Of a stretch of 64,000 nt of DNA, positions 29,059 through 38,775 are shown one piece after another. The notes under the pieces were generated by a model. It was given only the letters and a program-made list of their open reading frames with translations. It was not told where the DNA came from and did no database searches. Within the stretch, counting starts at the first letter, position 1; each line of letters opens with the position of its first letter. The position numbers and the translations under genes were made by a program. This DNA comes from Promethearchaeota archaeon (GTDB lineage Archaea > Asgardarchaeota > Lokiarchaeia > Sigyniarchaeales > SOKP01), in NCBI GenBank assembly GCA_030599585.1, contig JAUVNS010000006.1, positions 32,001 through 96,000 on the forward strand. The letters run 5' to 3'.

Positions 29059-30774
29059 TTATAAAATTCCCATACTTCCTAGAAGTTTTGTTGCATCGGG
29101 GATTTTTGTTGAATCAATTTTAACATCTATTACAGCTGGTTTACCGGAATTTTTAGCTCTTTCTAGTGCCGGTTTAATTTCGTTTGGATCAGTCACAACC
29201 TCCCCATAACACCCAAATCCTTCAGCACATTTAGCATAATCAAAATTGGGTAATTCCACATCAATATAGTGTTTATTGGCAAATAATTTTTGACCTGATT
29301 TGAGCATTCCCCAACCGCTATTATTTCCTATCACATAGATTAGATTGCTTAAACCTAATCTTACAGCAGTTTCGAGATCTTGAATATTCATCATAAAACT
29401 ACCATCACCAGATATTGATATAACCTGTTTATCTGGTTTTGCTAGCTTCGCTCCAATACCATACCCTACAGAAGTTCCGAGATGACCCATACCAACAGCT
29501 TGCAAGTATGATAGTGGTGGTCTTGGTTTATAGAAATCTATTTGTTCTACAGTATAACAAGCGATATCCCCACCATCAGAAATGAAAATAGCATCCTCGT
29601 CCATGAATTCTAAGACATCCTTTACTAATCTTTGAGGCAATATTGGGATCTTATCTTTTGTTGCTTTTTTCATCATTCCAGCCATTTGTGTTTTTCTCAA
29701 AGCTACTAGGTCATCTAACCAAGGTCTGTTTTCAACTTCTTGTGTTTTCTTTGCTTCTTCTAATATTTGTTTTAAAAATTGTTTGCAATCGCTTACCACT
29801 CCTAAAGAAATAGGTTTTGCTCTTCCAATTATTCCTGGATCAATATCTACCTGTATCATTTTTTGAGAATCTTTCCAAAAAGGTTCATCCCCATGAGCCA
29901 TTATGTGACTAAATTTGCACCCAAGCGCTAAAACTACATCTGCTTCGGGACCTGCTTTTAAACCTGGACCATTAATACTTGTTCCAATAAAACTTTCTGA
30001 TTTACTTGATATTGTTCCAACTCCCATGAGCGTTGTCATAACGGGAATTTTTAAATATTCAGCAAATTCTTGAAGTTCTACCCATCCTCCAGACCTCGAA
30101 ACTCCACCTCCAGAGACAATTAACGGCTTTTCAGCTTTTACTAACAGTTCCAGTGATTTTTGGATAACTTCATTGCTAACTGCTGGTTTTTCAAAGCATC
30201 GATACTGAGCAGGAGACATTATGGGAATTTCACTTTCATCTTTCTCACTGAGAAATGCATCTTCGTAAATCTCTAATAACACTGGTCTTGGTCTCCCACT
30301 AGTAGCCTCTCGAAAAACTTTTTGAACTGCATCAGGAACTTCCTCTATTGTGCGAATGGATTTCTGATACTTCGTAATTGGTTTAAACATAGTAACTTGG
30401 TCAAGGTTTCCTTGGAGTGTGAACGAATCTGAAAATTTACTATTTACTTGAGGAACAATTACTATCATTGGTATATTATCACTCCACGCTGCACCTACAC
30501 CTGGAACGAGTTGGGTTGCACCAGGACCAACAGTTCCGAAACAGATACCCGGTTTATTAGTCACTCTTGCCCAAGCGTCAGCTGCTTGTGCTGCTGCTTG
30601 TTCGTGTCTAAACATAACAGTATTGATTCCTTTTTCACGACCCCACTTGTATATTGCATCAAACATATTTAAAAACTGGCCACCGATTATCCCAAACAAG
30701 TATTTGACATCTTCTTCAAGTAAGGCTTTGATAAGAACATCTCCACCATTTATAATATTCTTTTTTTCTTCCAA
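29059..30774 (-). CDS. TPP-dependent enzyme, acetolactate synthase/2-hydroxyacyl-CoA lyase (IlvB/HACL) family
   Basis: RHEQAA, GPG, DGGD and the TPP motif GDGSF...NNSGWG. Confidence 0.88.
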   Translation of the reverse strand: MEEKKNIINGGDVLIKALLEEDVKYLFGIIGGQFLNMFDAIYKWGREKGINTVMFRHEQAAAQAADAWARVTNKPGICFGTVGPGATQLVPGVGAAWSDNIPMIVIVPQVNSKFSDSFTLQGNLDQVTMFKPITKYQKSIRTIEEVPDAVQKVFREATSGRPRPVLLEIYEDAFLSEKDESEIPIMSPAQYRCFEKPAVSNEVIQKSLELLVKAEKPLIVSGGGVSRSGGWVELQEFAEYLKIPVMTTLMGVGTISSKSESFIGTSINGPGLKAGPEADVVLALGCKFSHIMAHGDEPFWKDSQKMIQVDIDPGIIGRAKPISLGVVSDCKQFLKQILEEAKKTQEVENRPWLDDLVALRKTQMAGMMKKATKDKIPILPQRLVKDVLEFMDEDAIFISDGGDIACYTVEQIDFYKPRPPLSYLQAVGMGHLGTSVGYGIGAKLAKPDKQVISISGDGSFMMNIQDLETAVRLGLSNLIYVIGNNSGWGMLKSGQKLFANKHYIDVELPNFDYAKCAEGFGCYGEVVTDPNEIKPALERAKNSGKPAVIDVKIDSTKIPDATKLLGSMGIL

Positions 30775-30865
30775 ATTTTTACACCTTCATCTTAAATTGT
30801 AATATTGATTTTAAAATTGGTTTTTATTGCTTAAATAATTACCTTTAACAAAAATGTAAAGGAGT

Positions 30866-31852
30866 TTAAATCTTATAACTGCTAAGCTTATCTAAATAAG
30901 CCTTTACGGCATTAGGAATTTTACTGATTTGGTTATTTTGAATTCTTAAAGTAGTTAAAGATTTTAAATTCGTAATGTCTTCGGGGATTTCATCCAGCAT
31001 GTTATAACTCAAATCTAAATATTTAAGATTAGTAAGCAAAAATATAGTTTTTGGTAATTCAATGATGTTATTTTTGCTTAGATTCAATTTTCTGAGTTTT
31101 CTAAGTAACGAAATTGATTCGGGTATTTTAAAATTTTCAGTATAGCCTACATGGAATTTTTTTAGCATATTTAAATATACAATAGTATCTTGTAAATTGG
31201 ATATAGAATCATACATATCAGGATTATGTTTCATGTATCTCCAATTAAAATAATTAAAGCTTAAAGACTCAATGTGCTTGTTTTTTATTGTTAACCAAAA
31301 TTCTCCAAGTTTAGAATCTTTAAGTTTTTCATAAAATTGATATGATTTTAACTCAAGGACATAATTCTCCTCGTTTTGTGCAAAAATAGCTTCTAAATCT
31401 AAGATAAACTTTGCCTCATTTGATACTATACCCACCACTAATGTAATTTTAGCTAGATATTCGTTTAACTCTTTATTTAGTGACTTTAATTGCATGTCAG
31501 TAAGTTCTAAATTCAGATCAAAAATAGCTTTTATTACTAGTGGTGAATTATCATGTTGAACTACCCATGTTAGCGTGTCTAACCCATCTTTTAAAAACTG
31601 ATTACCAATAAGGTTTACAGCAGAGCGTCTAACATACTGACTTTCATCTGATAAAAGAGAGCTTTCTACGATTTTGAAAATTTTTAGATCATGAAATTTT
31701 AGTTGATTCAAAACGGAAATTGATTCAGCGCGAATTTGTGGTTTATTACTTTCTTCAATTAAAGAAATTAATTGATCACGAGCGATATTTCGGTCAATTT
31801 CTTTATTTTTCAAGCTAGAGTATATGCTTTCTGGCGATAAGAACTTTCCCAT
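30866..31852 (-). CDS. HEAT-repeat plus leucine-rich-repeat protein
   Basis: N-terminal HEAT-like helices (LLSDESQYVRRSAV) and about 3 C-terminal LRRs (LRKLNLSKNNI, LKYLDLSYNML, LTTLRIQNNQI). Confidence 0.85.
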   Translation of the reverse strand: MGKFLSPESIYSSLKNKEIDRNIARDQLISLIEESNKPQIRAESISVLNQLKFHDLKIFKIVESSLLSDESQYVRRSAVNLIGNQFLKDGLDTLTWVVQHDNSPLVIKAIFDLNLELTDMQLKSLNKELNEYLAKITLVVGIVSNEAKFILDLEAIFAQNEENYVLELKSYQFYEKLKDSKLGEFWLTIKNKHIESLSFNYFNWRYMKHNPDMYDSISNLQDTIVYLNMLKKFHVGYTENFKIPESISLLRKLRKLNLSKNNIIELPKTIFLLTNLKYLDLSYNMLDEIPEDITNLKSLTTLRIQNNQISKIPNAVKAYLDKLSSYKI

Positions 31853-32053
31853 TTTTAACTAAAATAAAAAACCTAAATAGTTTACCCTAACTTGTCTTTA
31901 AAATTTAAATAATTTTACTTAATTAAAACTAATGAATTTTGTCAGAACTCATTAATAGATTTATAATCTCAATAAATTAAATTTATATATACGGTAAGTT
32001 ATTTTCGTACTCAACACCTAATCTTAATTAAAAATAAAAAGGTTTAGTAGAAA

Positions 32054-32509
32054 ATGAGTGAAAAAAAAGTAAAGAAGAAAGATTCGAACGAACTTTTAAA
32101 CATTTTAATGATTATACTGGGTATATTATTCTTGTTTAAAGGCGTAATGGACTTCTTGGCATGGGCAGGAATCATAGTTCCTTCTTGGTTAAGTACTTTC
32201 GCATCTGATCCTAATTTAGCGGCTGCTCTTACATTGTTCGGAAGTCAAGGTTTAATTTCAATAGCACTGGGATTCTGGTGTCTTGTAGCAGGAATTGGTA
32301 TGTTCAGAGAAGAAGAATATGCCATGGGAATAGGTTTAGTAGTTCTTTCTCTTATGGCGCTTACTGGAGTAACCTCAGTTATAGGATGGTTTACTAATCC
32401 GGCATCATTTGATGTAGCTTATTGGCCAAATTATATAATTTTGGGTGCCTTTATAATTGGAGTGCTCGGATTTATTTGGTTGCTTGTAACCTATAAAAGA
32501 TACGATTAA
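32054..32509 (+). CDS. Hypothetical membrane protein (about 4 TM helices)
   Basis: Four hydrophobic segments and a clean ORF followed by a T-tract. Confidence 0.75.
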   Translation: MSEKKVKKKDSNELLNILMIILGILFLFKGVMDFLAWAGIIVPSWLSTFASDPNLAAALTLFGSQGLISIALGFWCLVAGIGMFREEEYAMGIGLVVLSLMALTGVTSVIGWFTNPASFDVAYWPNYIILGAFIIGVLGFIWLLVTYKRYD

Positions 32510-32578
32510 AGAATTTTAAAACTATAAATATTTTTTTTTATTTTTTCTATAAGAGATTCAAAACTTCTTATTTATAAC

Positions 32579-33541
32579 TTATAGCAAGCACAAACCAAAT
32601 AACTGTGTTTTAGAATAAGATTCTTCTTTAATATCGCTCTGTTCTTTTAGAAATTGCGTTAATGGAATACCTTTTTCATATAGTTCGCTAAATTTCTCAT
32701 TGAAAATTTTATAAATGTTAGTATTTCGTGATATGTAAGCTCCTATCAATTTATTAGTAGGATCAAAACTTGGTTGAACCAATTCACTATCGGTTAAATT
32801 AAAATTACTGAAATCCTCATCTGTAACACGAACAGAGATATTTTTAAAAAGTAAATCGTATGGTTTGAGATAATTGGAAACCAGTTGGAACTCTTCACTC
32901 ATTAATAATTCCTTAATTACTTCGGTGTTAAAGATTACTTGGATATCAATATTGATTAGGTTTTCTTTAATTTTTGTTATACCCGATTGCATAGATTCAC
33001 TTAAATCTTCAGGAATACTAGAAATCCCGTATTTTTTAATAACTGAACTAAATTCGTTTTCATATCGGATTCCTAAGGCAATTTTACATTCTTTTTCGGC
33101 TAAAAATGAGTGATAAGTCTCTCCAATATTTTTTAGGTTATAATTAACGAACTCTACGAACTCTTGAGTTACTTGTTCACTCAAATTATAATTTTGAATA
33201 AAATCTGAAAGCGCATTTTCTGCCTCCTCTTTTTTTTCTTGGAATAATTGAGACAGTTCCTCAATTCTTTCGTTAATAATAGTTTGCCATATGGATATAG
33301 GGGGATTTGTTAAGTGAATTTTCATGGGGCGATCGTATATTTGAACTAATCCAAGATCGTTCAAAACCGCACAAATTTTATATCCTCTTTTTAAGGTCAA
33401 ATTGAATTGCGTGCTGACTTCATTTAAGTTGTCAATTCTCTTATGTTTAAGCAAATAGTGGTATATTTTCTCGATGCCTTTTTCAATAATTCCTATTGCA
33501 TCGAATAGAGAACTGAGAGCTAAAAATTCACGGTCAGACAT
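32579..33541 (-). CDS. TrmB-like transcriptional regulator
   Basis: N-terminal winged HTH (KIYHYLL...NEVS...GYKICAVLNDLGLV...RP), a coiled-coil helix, and a C-terminal effector-like domain (FNLTDSE...IFNEKFSELYEKG). Confidence 0.65.
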   Translation of the reverse strand: MSDREFLALSSLFDAIGIIEKGIEKIYHYLLKHKRIDNLNEVSTQFNLTLKRGYKICAVLNDLGLVQIYDRPMKIHLTNPPISIWQTIINERIEELSQLFQEKKEEAENALSDFIQNYNLSEQVTQEFVEFVNYNLKNIGETYHSFLAEKECKIALGIRYENEFSSVIKKYGISSIPEDLSESMQSGITKIKENLINIDIQVIFNTEVIKELLMSEEFQLVSNYLKPYDLLFKNISVRVTDEDFSNFNLTDSELVQPSFDPTNKLIGAYISRNTNIYKIFNEKFSELYEKGIPLTQFLKEQSDIKEESYSKTQLFGLCLL

Positions 33542-33553
33542 TCAATCACCCAT

Positions 33554-34084
33554 TTACTTATTTTCAATTTTTTCTAACGTCAGTTCTGTTAGAACCTCAA
33601 ATGTTTTATTTACATTTTGACCAGTTTTGCTGGATATTTCACCAAATGATGCCATATTATTCTTTTCGGCAATTTGTATCCCGTATTCGCGAGAAACTTC
33701 GCGTGGAGTATCGGTAAGATCGATTTTAGACCCAACAAGCATAATTGGTATAAGTCCTCCTTTCTGGTGAACAATATTTGTCCATTCACTGATATTATCA
33801 AGAGTTTGAGTCCGTGTCACATCGTAAAGTAGGAATGCAGCATTCGCACCTAAACAATATGTAGGGAGTAGGAATCTAAACCTTTCTTCTCCGCCAACGT
33901 CCCAGATTTGGAGTTTTATCTTTTTTCCCTGCAGTTCAATCGTTTTAACATGAAAATCAACTCCAATAGTTAATCGCTCGCTAGGATTAAAGACATTATA
34001 ACAATATCGTTTAGTGAAAGAAGTTTTACCAACGGATGCGTCACCGAGCAATAAAATTTTAAAAGTATAGTCATACGACGACAT
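33554..34084 (-). CDS. Rab-like small GTPase (Ras superfamily)
   Basis: YDYTFKILLLGDASVGKTS, TIGVDF, IKLQIWDVGGEERF, SKID and ISSK. ATG at 34084 follows SD AAGGTG. Confidence 0.93.
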   Translation of the reverse strand: MSSYDYTFKILLLGDASVGKTSFTKRYCYNVFNPSERLTIGVDFHVKTIELQGKKIKLQIWDVGGEERFRFLLPTYCLGANAAFLLYDVTRTQTLDNISEWTNIVHQKGGLIPIMLVGSKIDLTDTPREVSREYGIQIAEKNNMASFGEISSKTGQNVNKTFEVLTELTLEKIENK

Positions 34085-34302
34085 CTTTAACACCTTTGTA
34101 CATTTTTTTTATACCATCAACCGTATTAATTAAAATTAAGTAATGGTTAGATTTTATTAAAAATTTCATATTTTGGGTCGTAAAACCTATTTATATATAT
34201 AATTATAAATGTAGTTTTTAATTCTTTACTTTTTGTTTAAAATAAGATATCAAAGAACAAATTAAAGGGAAGATGTAGGAATCATTTAAAAAAGCGTCAA
34301 GC

Positions 34303-34857
34303 CTACTCAAAAATTTCTTTTAGATTATCGAAAATTATGGGATTTAACTCTTTATTTAAATGATTCTTTAATTCAGAATAAATTATAGGATTTTTGATGT
34401 GTTTTGATAAAAATTTAATAACGCTCCATCTTACCGAATCGTCTGGATCGTCCAATAAAGGGAGTAGGAATTTCATATATCTTACGTCGTCGTTTTCTTT
34501 AATTTTCATTATAGCTCGAGCTCTAACGATAAAATCGGGGCTATATATTTGTGGTAGCAAATGATATTCTACAGCTTCGTTGTTTATAAAATTGAGAATA
34601 AACTGAAATAATTCTTTTTTAAAATCGTGAGATTGGTCCAATTCTGCAACTATATTTTTAATCGTTGCTTCTGGGACTCTATTCCCCAATTTTAAAAGAC
34701 TTTCAAACGAAATAAAGAATTTATCCGATACATCGTATTTCAGATAATTTAAAAGCTTCATAATTATTTTGTCGTCAACTTTTGAAACTTCAATGACATC
34801 CCAATTAGGATTATCTGTGTCGTTGATATTATCCCCTAAATATTTCACAGTATACAC
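34303..34857 (-). CDS. HEAT-repeat protein
   Basis: HEAT_2-like repeats (SPDFIVRARAI, LLDDPDDSVRWSVIKFL). Confidence 0.78.
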   Translation of the reverse strand: MYTVKYLGDNINDTDNPNWDVIEVSKVDDKIIMKLLNYLKYDVSDKFFISFESLLKLGNRVPEATIKNIVAELDQSHDFKKELFQFILNFINNEAVEYHLLPQIYSPDFIVRARAIMKIKENDDVRYMKFLLPLLDDPDDSVRWSVIKFLSKHIKNPIIYSELKNHLNKELNPIIFDNLKEIFE

Positions 34858-35069
34858 TCGATATAATTTAATCTTAAGTATAGTTTTAAATTACACAATT
34901 ACCTTTAAATAATGTATTATTAAAACAAAAATAATTGACTAAATCCATTAGTAATTTTTTGACAATTAAATTCAAGTAAGTACTAATTAATTGATTAATA
35001 TAAATCGAAAATCCGAAGAAATTCTGAAAGATTACTTAAAAAAAATAAAATTAGTGAATACTCGTATCA

Positions 35070-35927
35070 TTAATTTGAAATTAAATTGTTAGTATTGTTA
35101 TAGAATATATCTTGCTTTTGGTCACTCTTAATTGGTAAACACATTATTTTTTCTATTTCAAGCTGAATAGGATTAGTGACGGGCGCATCTGATCCAAATA
35201 AAAGTCTTTTATGACCAATCATCTTCACTAAGGATAATATTGCGTATGGTATTGAACATGAGGTTTCAAAGTAGATGTTTTTATATTGTTTTAGACTCAG
35301 ACCAAAGTCTATCGCAAATTCCATGGCTAGTCCCGCATGACCCAAAATGATATGTAAGTCTGGAAAACTTTGAGCTAATTTTGCAAGATCTTTGGAGGAA
35401 ATTCCTCCAAAAGCTGAAAATTTTGGTGTAAAGTGAATATATAAAGGAAAGCTCTTGTTATATTCTTGCATGAAAGAGGCTAAAGTCATTATATCCCTCG
35501 GAATTTTTACGAGATGAATTCCTGAATGGATTTTTACACCACAAAAACCCATTTTAAAATGATTTTCTAATATCTTATAGTTTTTATCTTCTTCATCCCG
35601 ATCGATTTTAGGATTGAACCAAAAGAACTTGAAAAACCTTTCAGGATCTAATTTTGAGATATTTATAACATCCTGGTGATCCAATTGATCCTTAGGCATC
35701 AAATTTCTCAAATTTTCAAAAGCTTTTTTAACTCGATTTTCATTAGACACCTCTTCTCCAATTCCATTATCGTCTTTAGTGAAAATTTTAGAACTCGCTG
35801 CTCTATTGACTGTAGTTATTATTGCCTTTTCGACATTGTATTTGTCCAAATAACTCAGAAGATCTTCATTTTTTCCAAGAAATGTCCCGTAAGTGTGGAG
35901 ATGTGCGTCGAAAATTTTATACTGCAT
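35070..35927 (-). CDS. Amidohydrolase family protein (Amidohydro_2)
   Basis: DAHLH, GVKIH, YIH, ILGHAG, YFETS and LFGSDAP. Confidence 0.88.
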   Translation of the reverse strand: MQYKIFDAHLHTYGTFLGKNEDLLSYLDKYNVEKAIITTVNRAASSKIFTKDDNGIGEEVSNENRVKKAFENLRNLMPKDQLDHQDVINISKLDPERFFKFFWFNPKIDRDEEDKNYKILENHFKMGFCGVKIHSGIHLVKIPRDIMTLASFMQEYNKSFPLYIHFTPKFSAFGGISSKDLAKLAQSFPDLHIILGHAGLAMEFAIDFGLSLKQYKNIYFETSCSIPYAILSLVKMIGHKRLLFGSDAPVTNPIQLEIEKIMCLPIKSDQKQDIFYNNTNNLISN

Positions 35928-35971
35928 AACTCTATTGCATTGAAATTAATTATTAGGTTAAAAATCTTCTA

Positions 35972-37132
35972 TTAATAATTTCCGAACTCATTAGCTGCAT
36001 CAAACATTGCTACTATATTTTGAGGTGGGACCTCCGCTGTGATGTTATGAATGTTAGATGCGATAAAACCTCCTCCTGGCTTCAAGCATTCAAAGTTTCT
36101 TCTAACTTCTTCTCTAATCTGTTCAGGAGTTCCAAAGGGTAAAGTTTTTTGAGAGTTGCATAAGCCTCCCCAGAACGACATAATATTCCCAAATCTTTTT
36201 TTTAGAGAACAAGGTTCCATATCGTAAGCGCTTATTTGAACTGGATTAACGATATCGTATCCAATTTCAGCGAAGTGAGGGATAAATTGAGAAATTGCTC
36301 CGCACGAATGGTAGTTTATTTTGGCGTCTACTATATCTTGAATTCTTTGTGATAACTTCCATTCAATAGGTTTAATTAATTTTTCGTAAAGTTTTAAACT
36401 CATTATAGGGCCCGCTTGTTCTGCTATGTCTCCGTTAATGCACACAACATCAAGATACTCTCCAACCTCAGTAAGGAAAGTTGTAGCATAATCTGTCCAA
36501 TATTTAAGTAGTTCTTCCATAGTTGCCATTAAGATTTCTGGCTTTGTTCTCAAATATCTTAGCGTTTTGGTAAATCCAAATAAAAAGGTGCAATATTCGT
36601 AGACACAACCAACTGGAGGTGTTGATAAGGCAAAATCTGTTGTTTCATGCATTTTTCTTGCGCGATCTTTCAAGCCAATAAAAGGTGTCTTCTCTAACCC
36701 ATCTGGCCAATCGTAATTCTTTACATCACTTACCGATTTAAAATCAGCAAAGGGATGAATAACAGGATCATAGTATAAAATGTCAGTTATTTTTTTTTTT
36801 GCGTTATTTCCCCAAAACACGCCAAATTGGTCGTATTGCCCTATATATTTTTGTTCGACTTCTGGTTTCATATCTTGAACTCTAATCATTCCTCCTAAAG
36901 GTTGGATGTATCTTACATCAATTTGGAATCGCTCTAGAATTTTCTCGCAAGGTGCGACAATCTGTTGAACGAAATCTGCGTATTGTATGTTATCATCTTC
37001 AATTTCGAGGTATTTAAGCAATTTTTTGTAAGCTATGATATGAATACTTGATTGATTACCACCTAAATCGAGCGGAACTTTGTCCGGTTCTTTATGGTTT
37101 AATGTTACATTTAATCTCTCTCTCGAATTCAT
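35972..37132 (-). CDS. Uroporphyrinogen decarboxylase/MtaA methyltransferase superfamily protein
   Basis: MNSRER...HKEPDKVPLDLGG, YHSCG, NPVQISA, FGTPEQIREEV and GGGFI...HNI. ATG at 37132. Confidence 0.88.
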   Translation of the reverse strand: MNSRERLNVTLNHKEPDKVPLDLGGNQSSIHIIAYKKLLKYLEIEDDNIQYADFVQQIVAPCEKILERFQIDVRYIQPLGGMIRVQDMKPEVEQKYIGQYDQFGVFWGNNAKKKITDILYYDPVIHPFADFKSVSDVKNYDWPDGLEKTPFIGLKDRARKMHETTDFALSTPPVGCVYEYCTFLFGFTKTLRYLRTKPEILMATMEELLKYWTDYATTFLTEVGEYLDVVCINGDIAEQAGPIMSLKLYEKLIKPIEWKLSQRIQDIVDAKINYHSCGAISQFIPHFAEIGYDIVNPVQISAYDMEPCSLKKRFGNIMSFWGGLCNSQKTLPFGTPEQIREEVRRNFECLKPGGGFIASNIHNITAEVPPQNIVAMFDAANEFGNY

Positions 37133-37264
37133 GATTTCAACACCAAGCAATAGTTATTTGATTTGATTTGTAGCCACTATAAATTTGTAATAGTAATGCC
37201 TATACTAGAGTTATTTATTTCTTAATTATTAAATTTTTAAACTCTAAATGATAATGAGTTAATT

Positions 37265-38707
37265 ATGGAACGCGAGAAATCTCTTCCAAATATCATACTT
37301 TTTGTGGCTGATGAACTAAGAGGAGATTGCATCTCCCTCGGAGGTAAGAGAAATTCTATTATAAACACACCAAATATTGACAAATTTGCACAAGACGGTG
37401 TCGCTTTTACGAATTGTTTCACTGTTAACCCAGTCTGTGGGCCTTCGAGATGTTGTACTTTTACGGGACAATATGTGCATTCTAACAATCATAGAAGTCT
37501 TTATCAATTGCTACAACCTCATGAAGATAATCTATTCAAATTCTTAAAAGATAAAGGATATACCGTAATTTTAGTAGGTCGGAACGATCTTTTTACAAAA
37601 AAAGCTATTAAAGGCAGCATATCAAAAAGAATTAGAATTAAACCTAGAATGATTAAGACCAATCCTTATCCACTAGAGCATTCAATGAGAAAATCTTTCT
37701 ATTTTGGAATAAGAACGGAAGAAGAGGCAAAGGATATTGATTACAACATCACCCAAGAAGCGATTAACTATTTAAAGTCAAATCCCGGAAAACCTTTTTG
37801 CTTATTCATTGCATTAGGCTTCCCACATCCTCCTTACACAGTAGAGGAACCTTTTTTTTCTATGTACGATCGAGAAAATGTGCCCTCTCCAATACCCCCA
37901 AAATTAGAGGACAAACCAGAATTTATGCGACTAATACATGAAAGATATGGTTTAAACAATTTAGATAAAGGAGATTTTAAAGAAATTATTGCTACTTATT
38001 ACGGAATGGTTTCTCGCGTAGATCACCAATTTGGTTTGATAATCAACCAATTAAAAGAAATAGGAGTTTATGAAAATAGTGCAATAGCCTTTTTTGCAGA
38101 TCATGGAGATTTTCTTGGGGATTATGGTTTAACAGAAAAATGGCCAACCGCGTTCCAAGATTGTTTACTTAACATCCCCTTAATTCTTAAAATTCCCGGC
38201 ATTGAACGAAAAAATGTGATTTACGACCAACTCGTCCAATCTATTGATATTTTTCCAACTATAATGCACATCGCTCAAGTTAGCACTCAATACACTCATT
38301 TTGGCAAAAATTTAATTCCCCTCCTCCAGGGCCATTTAACAAAAGTTAGGAATGCTGTATTTGCAGAAGGAGGTCATAATCCTCGGGAACCGCAATGTTT
38401 TGAACCCGTTATCGCGAGTCCAGAACTACCAGGAATCGGAATTTACTACGACAAAACGAATATACCTAAAGAAGATAGCTCTACTGTGGCACGTTCTGCT
38501 ATGATAAGAACTAAATTATGGAAACTTATTATTCGTGATCAGGGTAAAGAAGAATTATATGATCTTATGTACGATCCTAACGAAGCGAACAATCTTATAG
38601 ATATTTATGCTTACGATAAAGTAAAAACAGACCTCAAAGAACAATTACTTCGGTGGTATTTAAGGACGAGCGACAATGCTGATTGGAAACGGGAGAGAAA
38701 TGTATAG
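37265..38707 (+). CDS. Cys-type sulfatase
   Basis: PNIILFVADELR, CxPxR motif (CGPSR), PHPPY, ADHG and ELYDL..DP.E. Confidence 0.92.
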   Translation: MEREKSLPNIILFVADELRGDCISLGGKRNSIINTPNIDKFAQDGVAFTNCFTVNPVCGPSRCCTFTGQYVHSNNHRSLYQLLQPHEDNLFKFLKDKGYTVILVGRNDLFTKKAIKGSISKRIRIKPRMIKTNPYPLEHSMRKSFYFGIRTEEEAKDIDYNITQEAINYLKSNPGKPFCLFIALGFPHPPYTVEEPFFSMYDRENVPSPIPPKLEDKPEFMRLIHERYGLNNLDKGDFKEIIATYYGMVSRVDHQFGLIINQLKEIGVYENSAIAFFADHGDFLGDYGLTEKWPTAFQDCLLNIPLILKIPGIERKNVIYDQLVQSIDIFPTIMHIAQVSTQYTHFGKNLIPLLQGHLTKVRNAVFAEGGHNPREPQCFEPVIASPELPGIGIYYDKTNIPKEDSSTVARSAMIRTKLWKLIIRDQGKEELYDLMYDPNEANNLIDIYAYDKVKTDLKEQLLRWYLRTSDNADWKRERNV

Positions 38708-38775
38708 AATTTAAAACCTTTTTAGTTTTCAACACAAAAATATTTATAAAATAAAAAAAGAGAGCTCCAATTTAT

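Noticed and set aside
34941-34957. AAATCC-ATTA-GTAATTT as another operator copy
   Set aside because: The left half-site has two mismatches and it lies outside the functional block, so chance is plausible in AT-rich DNA.
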